From Chthoniobacterales bacterium (lineage in GTDB: Bacteria > Verrucomicrobiota > Verrucomicrobiia > Chthoniobacterales > Chthoniobacteraceae), in NCBI GenBank assembly GCA_038207335.1, contig JBBQZX010000001.1:32001-96000 (forward strand): a stretch of 64,000 nt of DNA. Reading direction: 5' to 3'. The notes below the pieces were generated by a model. The model had not been told where the DNA came from, did no database searches, and saw nothing but the letters and a program-made list of their open reading frames with translations. This document shows, one piece after another, positions 38,053 through 47,152 of this stretch. The translations under genes were made by a program, and so were the position numbers. Numbering within the stretch: the stretch's first letter is position 1; the number at the start of each line of letters is the position of its first letter.

Positions 38053-38254
38053 CAGCCCTTTCGAGATAGCGCAGGGGACGCGGAAACGCAGGGAAGGTGA
38101 CGCGCGCGTCCGGATGTTCTCCTGTCTTCCTGCGTCGACCAAAGGTCTGCCAATTCCCACACAGCGGACTGTCATTCAACAGGCAACCAATCTTCCTGTG
38201 TTTACGCGGCGCGGCGAGGTTGGCGAGAGGCAAGGGCTGCGTTGAATTCGCGAC

Positions 38255-38851
38255 ATGATCTCCTTTCCACTCGATTTTCGATTTCGACATTTCACGCTCT
38301 CGCCGCAGGTCGCGGTGACAGACTCTCACGGAGCGGAGGTTTGTTTCATCAAACAAAAAGCGTTTCGACTGCGCGAATCTGTCACGGTTTTTCGCGATTC
38401 GAGCAAGGCGACGATCGTCGGCAAAATCGAAGCGAACCGCATCATCGACTGGTCGGCACGCTACACGTTCTCGGACGCCGAAGGTCTTCCATTCGGAGCC
38501 GTCGGTCGGCGCGGTGCGCGGTCGCTGTGGCGGGCGCATTACGATATTTTTGCTCATGCGGAATCGAAGACGCCGGCGATGTCGATTAGCGAGGATAGCG
38601 TGCTGACCCGCTTTCTGGACGGTCTTTTTTCGGAGATTCCGATCCTCGGAATTTTCAGCGGTTACGTCTTCCATCCGAGCTATGCGGTGATCGGAAACGA
38701 CGGCACGGTTGTGGCGCGTCTGCGGAAGCGCGCGGCATTTCTTGAGAGGTGTTTTACTTTGGAAAAGCTTACCGACCTCGAGCCCGAGCAGGAACTCGAA
38801 ATCCTGCTGAGTTGCCTGATGATGATTCTCCTGGAGCGCCGCCGCGGGTGA
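38255..38851 (+). CDS. Hypothetical protein, LURP-one/scramblase-like
   Basis: FIKQKAFRLRE, RxGARSLWRAHY, YVFHPSY, C-terminal LLERRRG. Confidence 0.6.
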   Translation: MISFPLDFRFRHFTLSPQVAVTDSHGAEVCFIKQKAFRLRESVTVFRDSSKATIVGKIEANRIIDWSARYTFSDAEGLPFGAVGRRGARSLWRAHYDIFAHAESKTPAMSISEDSVLTRFLDGLFSEIPILGIFSGYVFHPSYAVIGNDGTVVARLRKRAAFLERCFTLEKLTDLEPEQELEILLSCLMMILLERRRG

Positions 38852-38896
38852 GCGAACCTCGAACTTTCTCTCCGTCGCGCTTGCCCCGGTTAAAAA

Positions 38897-40468
38897 TCAA
38901 ACCGGTAAATCTGCCAGGGCGATTCCGGGATTGAGTTCTCCGAAATAGCGCTGGGTCCAGCCGCTGGGGAAAAGCACGCCGGGCTTTCCATCGGTATCGT
39001 AGGCGACCCGGCAACCAGTCGGCAGTTTCAGGCCCGACGCCTCGACTCCCGCTTGGATCCATCTGAATGCCTCCCATGAAGCGGTTTCGAGACGCGATTC
39101 CGCCCCGTATTCGCTCTCGAGTCGGTATTGCACGACCTCGAATTGCAGCGGACCGACCGCTGCGAGCAGCGGCACTTTTTGCAGAGAGTCGCGCAGTTCG
39201 AAAACTTGCATGACGCCCTCCTGCAAGAGCTGTTCGAGCCCCTGCCTGAACTGTTTGAACTTTGACGGATTCGGATTTTGGAGAAACGCAAAGCACTCCG
39301 GAGCGAAGCGCGGAATCTCATCGTAGGCGATCGAAGCGTCCTCCGTGAGCGTGTCGCCGATGCCGAACTCGGAGTGGCCCACTAGCCCGATCACGTCGCC
39401 TGCGTAAGCCTCATCGACCGTCTCGCGATCCTGCGCGAACAGCTTGTGCGCGCTCGAGAGCCGAACGCGTTTGCCCGTGCGACTGTGCGTGACAGTCATG
39501 TCGCGCGTGAATTTCCCTGAGCAAATCCGCAGGAACGCAATGCGGTCGCGATGCCGTGGATCCATGTTTGCCTGGATCTTGAATACGAATCCTGAAAACG
39601 CTGGAGCCGAGGGCTCGATCGTCCGCCCTCCAGCGACGTGCGGCTGCGGAGGAGCGGAGCGCTCAAGAAAGGAATCGAGCAGAAGCTGGACGCCGAAATT
39701 ATTCATCGCGCTGCCGAAATAGACGGGCGTGAGTTCGCCACGCAGCACGGCGTCGCTGGAGTAGTCCACGCCCGCGCCGTCGAGCATTTCCAGCTCCTCG
39801 GTGGCTTGTTGAAAATCACCCTCGTCCAGCCGCTCGCGCACGAATGGTTCGTCGATGCCGCCGACCTCCACGGGGGCGCGATATGCGCCATGCGAAGTCT
39901 TTTCAAAAAGATGCACCTGCCGCTTTTGACGGTCGTAAACTCCGCGAAAACTGACGCCCGCGCCGAGCGGCCAGTTCACCGGAAAGGCGCCGATGCCGAG
40001 CACGCTTTCGAGTTCATCCAGCAGCGCAAGCGGCGAGCGGGTGGGCCGGTCGCACTTGTTCATGAATGTGAAAATGGGTACTCCGCGCCGCTTGCAGACC
40101 TCGAAAAGTTTGCGCGTCTGCGCCTCGATTCCCTTGCCCGCGTCGATCACCATCACGACCGCATCCACGGCAGTCAGGACGCGGTAGGTGTCCTCGGAAA
40201 AGTCTTTGTGGCCGGGCGTGTCGAGGAGATTGATCCGATACCCGCGATAGTCGAACTGCAGCACCGTCGAACTCACGGAGATACCCCGCTTTCGCTCCAG
40301 CTCCATCCAGTCCGAAGTGGCCGCGCGCGCGTTTTTCCGAGCCGTCACAGAGCCCGCGAGCTGCACGGCTCCGCCGTAGAGCAGCAGCTTTTCTGTGAGC
40401 GTCGTCTTGCCCGCGTCTGGGTGCGAAATGATGGCGAAAGTCCGCCTGCGACCGATCTCATCGAGCAT
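38897..40468 (-). CDS. prfC: Peptide chain release factor 3
   Basis: RRTFAIISHPDAGKTT, LLDTPGH, NKCD, FKIQANMDPRHRDR. Confidence 0.97.
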   Translation of the reverse strand: MLDEIGRRRTFAIISHPDAGKTTLTEKLLLYGGAVQLAGSVTARKNARAATSDWMELERKRGISVSSTVLQFDYRGYRINLLDTPGHKDFSEDTYRVLTAVDAVVMVIDAGKGIEAQTRKLFEVCKRRGVPIFTFMNKCDRPTRSPLALLDELESVLGIGAFPVNWPLGAGVSFRGVYDRQKRQVHLFEKTSHGAYRAPVEVGGIDEPFVRERLDEGDFQQATEELEMLDGAGVDYSSDAVLRGELTPVYFGSAMNNFGVQLLLDSFLERSAPPQPHVAGGRTIEPSAPAFSGFVFKIQANMDPRHRDRIAFLRICSGKFTRDMTVTHSRTGKRVRLSSAHKLFAQDRETVDEAYAGDVIGLVGHSEFGIGDTLTEDASIAYDEIPRFAPECFAFLQNPNPSKFKQFRQGLEQLLQEGVMQVFELRDSLQKVPLLAAVGPLQFEVVQYRLESEYGAESRLETASWEAFRWIQAGVEASGLKLPTGCRVAYDTDGKPGVLFPSGWTQRYFGELNPGIALADLPV

Positions 40469-40535
40469 AAAAATGGGCGCGACTTTCGGCCAAACACGGC
40501 GGTGGCGCAAGCGGCGCGAAAAGCCATTTCAAGTG

Positions 40536-40551
40536 GGGCACCACATCTGCT
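40536..40551 (+). promoter_or_regulatory. Candidate sigma54 promoter upstream of the FHA-receiver gene
   Basis: GGGCACCACATCTGCT(A), GG-N10-GC, 30 nt before ATG 40582. Confidence 0.5.
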
Positions 40552-40581
40552 AGTCTCACTTTCCGTTTTCTCTCCCCGACC

Positions 40582-42006
40582 ATGCCTTCCCTCAGCATCA
40601 AGCTCCCCGAGAACAAAGGCGAGATCACGCATATGCTGGCGGGTGAGCGGATTACGATCGGCCGCCGCCCCGACAATACGATCCAGATCGTCGATCGCAC
40701 AGTCTCCGGTCACCACGCGGAACTCATTGCGACGAACGGCCACTATCGCCTGCACGATTTAGGATCCACGAATCTCACCTGCGTCAACGGGCAGCAGGTC
40801 ACCGATTACCACCTGCATCTCGGGTGCAAGGTTTCCTTCGGAACCGTCGAGTGCGAATACAGCCCTGATGCGCCTGCGAGGTCGGAGGAAAAGGCCGTGG
40901 AAATGGTGCCGACGCGTGCGGAACTCGAGTTTTTGCGCCGTGAAAATCTCGATCTTCAGTCGAAAATCGCGACCCAGCAGAAGCAGATCGACATCCTCAG
41001 CAGCGCGCGGCTGATGACCAAAGAAACCCAGCAACTCGGCATAGCACCGGAGGCGCACCGGCGGGTTTCGATGGAACGCGACTCGCTGAAGGCCGAGAAC
41101 GAACAACTCAGACGCGACGTCGAGAATCTCAAGGCCGATCTTGCCGCCAGCAAGCGCGACCGAGATGCCACGCGGCAGGCGTGGGAGACAGTGAAGGCGG
41201 AACTCGCGACTTCAAAAGCACCGTCCCCTTTTCCCGAAAAATCGGAGCCGCCCTCTGCCGATCGCGCCGCCGGCTCACCGAATTCGCCGGAATCCAATCG
41301 CGCGCTCGCCACCGTGCTTGCGAGGACGCCGGCCGTGCTGGAGTCGCTCCGGGAAGCGCTGCAAAAACTGAGCGACGATCCTGCAGATGCAGATGCGCGC
41401 GAAGCGATGGTCGCCGCCTCCGCATCTCTGAATGAAGGCACAGCTGCGATCAAACGGCATCCCGTGCAACAACTCGCCGCGTCGCTCGATTCACTCGTCC
41501 GCGAAATCTCTCCCATCGAAGCCCCTCTAGAGCCGAGCGCGATTCGTACGTTGAGCCAGGCTGCGGAACTCACCCGCACGCTGCTCGAACCAAAGCATCT
41601 CAAACGCGCCAAAGAAGTCAGCGCGCCTCGCGCCATTGTCATCGACGATGACGAAGAGTTGCGCGAGACCGTCGCCGCGGCGCTCGAGTTTGGCGACATC
41701 TCGGCCACCGGGATATCCGAACCGGGCGAAGCGCTCGCGAATCTTCGCGAACATCCGGCCGATCTCGTCTTTCTCGATATCGGACTGCCGGGTCAGAACG
41801 GTGTGGACGTGTGTGCTCGCATCCGCGAGATCGAACGCTGCCAGAAAACGCCCATCGTTTTCCTGACGATTTCCGACGATGTGGAGCATCGCGCTCAGTC
41901 GAGCCTGAATGGCGGGAACGACTTTCTCGTGAAGCCTTTCAACATCGTCGAGCTGACGTTGAAGGCCCACACGTGGATTTACCGCGGGCAATTCGGGCTG
42001 CTCTAA
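40582..42006 (+). CDS. FHA domain + coiled coil + helical bundle + response regulator receiver
   Basis: GRRPDN...VSGHHA...DLGSTN (FHA); IDDD, FLDIGLPG, FLT, KPF (receiver). Confidence 0.85.
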   Translation: MPSLSIKLPENKGEITHMLAGERITIGRRPDNTIQIVDRTVSGHHAELIATNGHYRLHDLGSTNLTCVNGQQVTDYHLHLGCKVSFGTVECEYSPDAPARSEEKAVEMVPTRAELEFLRRENLDLQSKIATQQKQIDILSSARLMTKETQQLGIAPEAHRRVSMERDSLKAENEQLRRDVENLKADLAASKRDRDATRQAWETVKAELATSKAPSPFPEKSEPPSADRAAGSPNSPESNRALATVLARTPAVLESLREALQKLSDDPADADAREAMVAASASLNEGTAAIKRHPVQQLAASLDSLVREISPIEAPLEPSAIRTLSQAAELTRTLLEPKHLKRAKEVSAPRAIVIDDDEELRETVAAALEFGDISATGISEPGEALANLREHPADLVFLDIGLPGQNGVDVCARIREIERCQKTPIVFLTISDDVEHRAQSSLNGGNDFLVKPFNIVELTLKAHTWIYRGQFGLL

Positions 42007-42016
42007 GCTGCGCGTC

Positions 42017-43408
42017 TCAACGCGCGCCGAAGCCGAAAATCACGACGGGGATCGTGCGCAAAAGGATCGCGAAATCGAGCCAGAGCGACCAGCCGTCGAT
42101 GTATTGCAGATCAAGCTGCACCCATTCGTTGAAGCTTTTCACCTTGTTCCGCCCCGCCACCTGCCACAGGCACGTCAGCCCCGGCTTCATGCTGAGACGG
42201 CGTCGCTGCGCAGTCGTCTCGAATTTCTCCACTTCGTAGATCGGCAGCGGACGCGGCCCCACGAGGCTCATCTCGCCTTTCAAGACGTTCAGTAGCTGCG
42301 GCAATTCATCGAGGCTCGTCTTTCGCAAAAAGCGCCCGAGCTTCGTGATCCGCGGATCGTTTTCGATTTTGAAAACCGGCCCGGACATTTGGTTGAAAGC
42401 CGCAAGTTCTGCCTGCTGCATCGCGGCATCGGTGCGCATCGAGCGAAATTTATACATCGTGAAAGGTCGCCCGTTTTTGCCTCCACGCAGTTGGCTGAAA
42501 AAGATCGGCCCCGGCGACGTGATGCGAATCGCAATCGCGACCGCGATGAGAATCGGAGCTGCGAGCACGAGCCCGACGAAAGCTCCCGTGCGGTCGATGA
42601 CGCTCTTCACCATGAGCGCCCACGACAAATCCGGTGTGGTGCGAAAGACGAGCATCGGCCGTGTTCCGAAGACATCGAAGGCCGGACGCGCGATCGACGT
42701 GCGGATGAAATCTGCGATCAGCCACGCCTCCACGCCCTCGGTTTCGCACGCCGCGATTGCGTCCTGCAAATTGTTCAGATGGCTGTGTCCGCCGGCAAAA
42801 ATAACGCGACTCACCGAGTGCCGATGCAGCGCTTCCACGAATTCCGCAAGCGGCTGATTTTCAATATCGAACTCCTCGACGACCTCGAGCTCCATGATCT
42901 GCTCCGCCGTGAAGGTGTGCCGGAGTTGATGCGTGTCGGCCTTTGTGCCGGCGAGGATGATCGATTCGCGGAGGGACTCAGTTTTTGCACGATGGCGCAG
43001 CCGCTGGATGCCGATTCGTTCACGCAGGAGCAGGAGCACCGGCGCGATGAGGAGAAATAGCGGCATCACGGCGCGGCTCGGCACTTGGAGTCGCAGGAAA
43101 TAGGAGCACGCGGCAATGATGAGCCCGAGCCAGAACGCGGCACGCGCGAGTTGCCCGAGAGACTTCGCGAGCGTCTTCTGGAGCGGATGGGTGTAAAAGC
43201 CCTGCAACTCCAGAATGATCGGGCCGAATGGCATAATCACGAAAAGTAGCCACTGAAATTCCGAGAACGGACCGATCGGTTTGTCGAAAATAGTCCAGTC
43301 GCTGCCGAGGTAGCGCAGCGTGTGCGCGAACCAGAACGCGATGACCAGAAGGATGCCATCGACGATCTGCTGGAATTGGAGATTCAGTTCTTGTTTTCGG
43401 CCGAGCAT
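42017..43408 (-). CDS. Polyprenyl glycosylphosphotransferase (WcaJ-like priming sugar transferase)
   Basis: YKFRSM, DPRITKLGRFLRKTSLDELPQL, GEMSLVGPRP, KPGLTCLWQ. Confidence 0.93.
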   Translation of the reverse strand: MLGRKQELNLQFQQIVDGILLVIAFWFAHTLRYLGSDWTIFDKPIGPFSEFQWLLFVIMPFGPIILELQGFYTHPLQKTLAKSLGQLARAAFWLGLIIAACSYFLRLQVPSRAVMPLFLLIAPVLLLLRERIGIQRLRHRAKTESLRESIILAGTKADTHQLRHTFTAEQIMELEVVEEFDIENQPLAEFVEALHRHSVSRVIFAGGHSHLNNLQDAIAACETEGVEAWLIADFIRTSIARPAFDVFGTRPMLVFRTTPDLSWALMVKSVIDRTGAFVGLVLAAPILIAVAIAIRITSPGPIFFSQLRGGKNGRPFTMYKFRSMRTDAAMQQAELAAFNQMSGPVFKIENDPRITKLGRFLRKTSLDELPQLLNVLKGEMSLVGPRPLPIYEVEKFETTAQRRRLSMKPGLTCLWQVAGRNKVKSFNEWVQLDLQYIDGWSLWLDFAILLRTIPVVIFGFGAR

Positions 43409-43459
43409 CGGTGTTTTTGCCGTGGGAGAAGCGCGGCAAAGTTACGCGCGTAAAATCAA

Positions 43460-44158
43460 ATGGCTGCGAGCAAATTAACCACAGAACCGCGAATCGCACA
43501 GGTCGTAGGCACGGTCCACTCCCCTGGATCTCTGCGCCGGGCACTGCGTTTGCGCGCGGGCGATGTCGATTTTCTCGAGCTGCGGGTGGATCATTTTGTG
43601 AAAGATCGCCAAGCGCTTTTGGCTGCGATTCCGCGGCTGAAATTCCCGCTGATCGTGACCGCTCGACATCCTGCAGAGGGCGGCGCAAACGGACTTTCGC
43701 TCGCGCAGCGGCGTGCGCTTTTAGCGGAGTTTTTGCCGTTCGCATCGGCGATCGATGTGGAATTACGCACGGTTTTCGGCGTGGAGACGATCCTCGCGAT
43801 GGCGCGTGGACATCGGGTGAAAGTCATCGTTTCGAGCCACCACTTTACCTCAACACCGAGTGCAAAAGCTCTCGCAGCCTTGATCCGAGGGGCGCGTGAT
43901 GCCGGCGCGGACATCGTGAAAATCGCCGCCCTCTCATCAACGATCGTGAGCCTCCAGCGTTTGATCTCCATCTTCGAGCGCCCGCCCGCACTTCCACTCA
44001 GCGTGATGGGCATGGGCGAGTTCGGGAAAATCTCGCGTCTCGTGCTCGCCGATGCGGGCTCGGTCCTGAATTACGGATACCTCGACGAGCCCAACGCGAG
44101 CGGGCAATGGGAGGCAAGAGAACTCAAGAAGCGCCTCGTGGATATCGCAGCGCGATGA
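43460..44158 (+). CDS. aroD: Type I 3-dehydroquinate dehydratase
   Basis: ELRVD, EGG, IDVEL, SHHF, DIVKIA, MGMG..GKISR. Confidence 0.88.
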   Translation: MAASKLTTEPRIAQVVGTVHSPGSLRRALRLRAGDVDFLELRVDHFVKDRQALLAAIPRLKFPLIVTARHPAEGGANGLSLAQRRALLAEFLPFASAIDVELRTVFGVETILAMARGHRVKVIVSSHHFTSTPSAKALAALIRGARDAGADIVKIAALSSTIVSLQRLISIFERPPALPLSVMGMGEFGKISRLVLADAGSVLNYGYLDEPNASGQWEARELKKRLVDIAAR

Positions 44159-44161
44159 GAT

Positions 44162-44542
44162 CTACGCCGTCTTTGCAAGCGCGGTTTGCGAAAGCACGCG
44201 CATAAGCGCGGTGTAAATCTCGCTTGGACCCATGCCTTTGCTCACATATCCGTTTGCGCCGGCTTTGCGTGCGGTCTGCATCGCCTCTTCGTCGTAGCCG
44301 AGCCCGGTGAACATCACGATGGGCAGGTCCGGGTAGCTGGCGCGGATGATTTTCACGAGTTCGAGGCCGTTGATTTTCGGCATCCCGATGTCGAGGATTA
44401 CTGCCTCGCACGGGTTGAGATCGAGCCACGACTCGACCTTCGTGCTGTCCGTCAGCGACGAAGCGATGTGCCCTTTGTCGCGGAGGAACGTGGTGAGAAA
44501 GCGATTCAGGAGCCGGTTATCGTCAACAACGAGGAAGTTCAT
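44162..44542 (-). CDS. Single-domain response regulator (CheY-like)
   Basis: LVVDD, ILDIGMPKINGL, MFTG, YVSKG. Confidence 0.9.
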   Translation of the reverse strand: MNFLVVDDNRLLNRFLTTFLRDKGHIASSLTDSTKVESWLDLNPCEAVILDIGMPKINGLELVKIIRASYPDLPIVMFTGLGYDEEAMQTARKAGANGYVSKGMGPSEIYTALMRVLSQTALAKTA

Positions 44543-44579
44543 GGAATAGGAGCGGTGCGGCGGTTTCGGATGAAAGTTT

Positions 44580-44595
44580 AGCAGCAGCCATGCCA
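44580..44595 (-). promoter_or_regulatory. Candidate sigma54 promoter upstream of the response regulator
   Basis: TGGCATGGCTGCTGCT(A), GG-N10-GC, ~37 nt before ATG 44542. Confidence 0.6.
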
Positions 44596-44645
44596 TCCGT
44601 TACCGCTGAGCTTCGGGACTTCGACCGCGGCTGCGTCACCCGCGA

Positions 44646-44846
44646 TTAAAAGAGCGTGTAGATGAACGGCGCAGCGGAGGTGGCTCCGAGGATGAGCAGC
44701 GCTGCGAAAAGGCCGAGGATGACGACAATCGGGATCATCCAGTACTTCTTGTTGTGCTTCAGCATTTCGACGATTTCGCGTCCGAGGCTCGGCGGTTTTT
44801 CGTCGCCGGCTTGCTTGAAGGTTTTCGGTTCGTCGGGCTGGCTCAT
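44646..44846 (-). CDS. DUF5989 (SxtK-like) small single-TM protein
   Basis: 66 aa, KKYWMIPI-TM-AAPFIYTLF; downstream of the carbamoyltransferase and SxtJ-like genes. Confidence 0.85.
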   Translation of the reverse strand: MSQPDEPKTFKQAGDEKPPSLGREIVEMLKHNKKYWMIPIVVILGLFAALLILGATSAAPFIYTLF

Positions 44847-44854
44847 GTGGAGAT

Positions 44855-45292
44855 TTAAAATTGGCGGAAATAGCGGGCCGGATCGACCGACTTTTCGGCA
44901 TCGCGCCAATACGTCGGACGCGTGGGATCCCATTTTTTCTGCAGAGGATCGCGGCCGAAGGCGCGCATGAGGACGCCGATGGGCGTGATGACGAGGAAGA
45001 AGAACGCGGCGACGAGAACATTGCTCATCACGATGCCGATGCAACACGCCACGAAAAACCAGAGCAGATAAAACGGCTTCGCCACCGCAGGGAAAATCCA
45101 AAGGGCGACGCCGACGAGGATGCCATACGTGAGGAATTCCGAGAGGTGCGGCTTCGGGGCGATGATGTGCAACCATGCAGCGAGGCGAAGTGCGATTTTG
45201 ATCACCGCAAAGCCGATCGCCATCGTGCGGGCAAAGCTGCGCCGCTCGTTGAGGTTCGGATGCCAGTTGGTGTCGGTGAAGGGGTTGATCAT
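44855..45292 (-). CDS. SxtJ-family membrane protein
   Basis: RSFA...TM segments, FFLVITPIGVLMR, DPL, TYW, C-terminal YFRQF. Confidence 0.82.
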   Translation of the reverse strand: MINPFTDTNWHPNLNERRSFARTMAIGFAVIKIALRLAAWLHIIAPKPHLSEFLTYGILVGVALWIFPAVAKPFYLLWFFVACCIGIVMSNVLVAAFFFLVITPIGVLMRAFGRDPLQKKWDPTRPTYWRDAEKSVDPARYFRQF

Positions 45293-45304
45293 TCGTGCGG
45301 CGAT

Positions 45305-47152
45305 TCAGTCCAGCCCGAAGCTCTTCACGTATTTTGATTTCTCGGTGTCGGAGAGTTGCGGCTGCTCGGGCTTGAAGAGGATGCAGTTTTCCAACACGAG
45401 CACGTCCATTTCGCTCGCCATGAAGCAGCGGTAGGCATCCTGCGGGGTGCCGACGATCGGTTCGCCGCGAATGTTGAAGCTCGTGTTGACGATGAGCCCG
45501 CAGCCGGTCTGGCGTTTGAACTCGCGGATGAGGCGGTAGTAGCGGCCGTTGCGACGCTCATCGACGGTCTGGATGCGCGCGGAAAAATCGACGTGCGTGA
45601 TCGCGGGGACGGTGGAGCGGGGGATATTTACGCGTGTGCGGAGATCGGGGTCGCACATGGCTGTGAGCTGGTCGGACGAGAGCGGGAGGCGCTTCGATTC
45701 GCGTACGGACGCGACGAGCAGCATGTAGGGCGACTCGCAGTCGAGATCGAAAAAATCGGGTGCGTCCTCAATGAGGCAACTCGGAGCGAAGGGGCGGAAC
45801 GACTCGCGGTATTTGATCCGCAGATTCATCTGCGACTGCATCGCGGGGCTGCGCGCGTCGCCGATGATGCTGCGGGCACCGAGCGCGCGCGGGCCAAATT
45901 CCATGCGGTCTTGAAACCAGCCGACGACCTTTTCCTCGCGCATCGCATCGACGGTTTTGGTGAGGAGTTCCGCTTCGTCGGCGATGAAGTGGTGTGGGAT
46001 TTTCTCTGCATCGAGGAATGCGCGGATTTCGTCGTTGGAAAATCGCGGGCCGAGCAATGCTCCTTTCAGCGAGTCGTGCGGGTCTGCCTTTCGATCGAGC
46101 CCGAGGAGATGGAATTGCGCAAAGAGCGCGGCTCCGAGCGCGCCGCCTGCGTCTCCCGCGGCTGAGGGAATCCAGATGCGATCGAAGATTTTCTCGCGGA
46201 GCAGGACGCCGTTCGCGACGCAATTCAGTGCGACTCCGCCGGCGAGCACGAGATTGCGTGAGCCGGTGAGCGCGCTGGCGTGTCGCGCCATGCGGAGGAC
46301 GATTTCCTCGGTCACTTTTTGGATCGAAGCGGCGAGGTCCATCTCGCGCTGCGTGATCGCCGATTCGCTGAGGCGAGGTGGGCCGTCGAAGAGCGTGTCC
46401 AACTTCGGACCGGTCATCGTGAGGCCCTGCGCATAGTTGAAAAAGCTCATGTCCATCGCGAACGATCCGTCGTTCTTGAGGTCGATGAGTTTCTCCAAAA
46501 TCACATCGGCGAAGCGCGGTTCGCCATACGGCGCAAGGCCCATAAGTTTGTATTCGCCGCTGTTGACTTTGAACCCGCAGAAATACGTGACCGCGCTGTA
46601 GAGCAGGCCGAGTGAGTGGGGAAATTCGAGCGTTTTGAGCAGCTCAATTTTGCTGCCGCGCCCGTGGCCGATGCTCGCGGTGTCCCACTCGCCGACGCCG
46701 TCCATCGTGAGGATCGCGGCGTCGTCGAAAGGCGACGGATAGAACGCGCTCGCGGCGTGGGATTCGTGATGGAGCGTGAATGCGATGCGTTTTTTGAAGT
46801 CGCCGCCGAGCGATTTTTGGATTTCGCGCGCGAGATGCAGCTTCGTCTTCAGCCACAGCGGGAGGGCCATCATGAACGAGCGCAGGCCCGATGGGGCGTA
46901 GGCGAGATAGGTCTCGAGGAGGCGGTCGAATTTGAGGAGCGGCTTGTCGTAGAAGACGACGTAGTCGAGTTGGTCGGAAGTGATGCCTGCCTCGCGAAGG
47001 CAGTATTTTACAGCGTTCGAGGGGAATGCGTGGTCGTGCTTGATGCGCGTGAAACGCTCCTCCTGTGCGGCGGCGACGATGTCTCCATCGACGATGAGCG
47101 CGGCTGCGCTGTCATGGTAAAAGGCTGAGATGCCGAGGATGCGCGTGCTCAA
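45305..47152 (-). CDS. O-carbamoyltransferase (NodU/CmcH/SxtI family)
   Basis: ILGISAFYHDSAAA, QEERFTR, HHESHA, DGVGE, GEYKLMGLAPYG, GGVALN, RESFRPFAP, NTSFN; TTG start overlaps the MBOAT stop (TTGA). Confidence 0.93.
   Translation of the reverse strand: MSTRILGISAFYHDSAAALIVDGDIVAAAQEERFTRIKHDHAFPSNAVKYCLREAGITSDQLDYVVFYDKPLLKFDRLLETYLAYAPSGLRSFMMALPLWLKTKLHLAREIQKSLGGDFKKRIAFTLHHESHAASAFYPSPFDDAAILTMDGVGEWDTASIGHGRGSKIELLKTLEFPHSLGLLYSAVTYFCGFKVNSGEYKLMGLAPYGEPRFADVILEKLIDLKNDGSFAMDMSFFNYAQGLTMTGPKLDTLFDGPPRLSESAITQREMDLAASIQKVTEEIVLRMARHASALTGSRNLVLAGGVALNCVANGVLLREKIFDRIWIPSAAGDAGGALGAALFAQFHLLGLDRKADPHDSLKGALLGPRFSNDEIRAFLDAEKIPHHFIADEAELLTKTVDAMREEKVVGWFQDRMEFGPRALGARSIIGDARSPAMQSQMNLRIKYRESFRPFAPSCLIEDAPDFFDLDCESPYMLLVASVRESKRLPLSSDQLTAMCDPDLRTRVNIPRSTVPAITHVDFSARIQTVDERRNGRYYRLIREFKRQTGCGLIVNTSFNIRGEPIVGTPQDAYRCFMASEMDVLVLENCILFKPEQPQLSDTEKSKYVKSFGLD

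Noticed and set aside
44646..47152. Saxitoxin biosynthesis, suggested by sxtI/J/K-like genes
   Set aside because: No sxtA, sxtG or other core genes in the window; the context is polysaccharide biosynthesis
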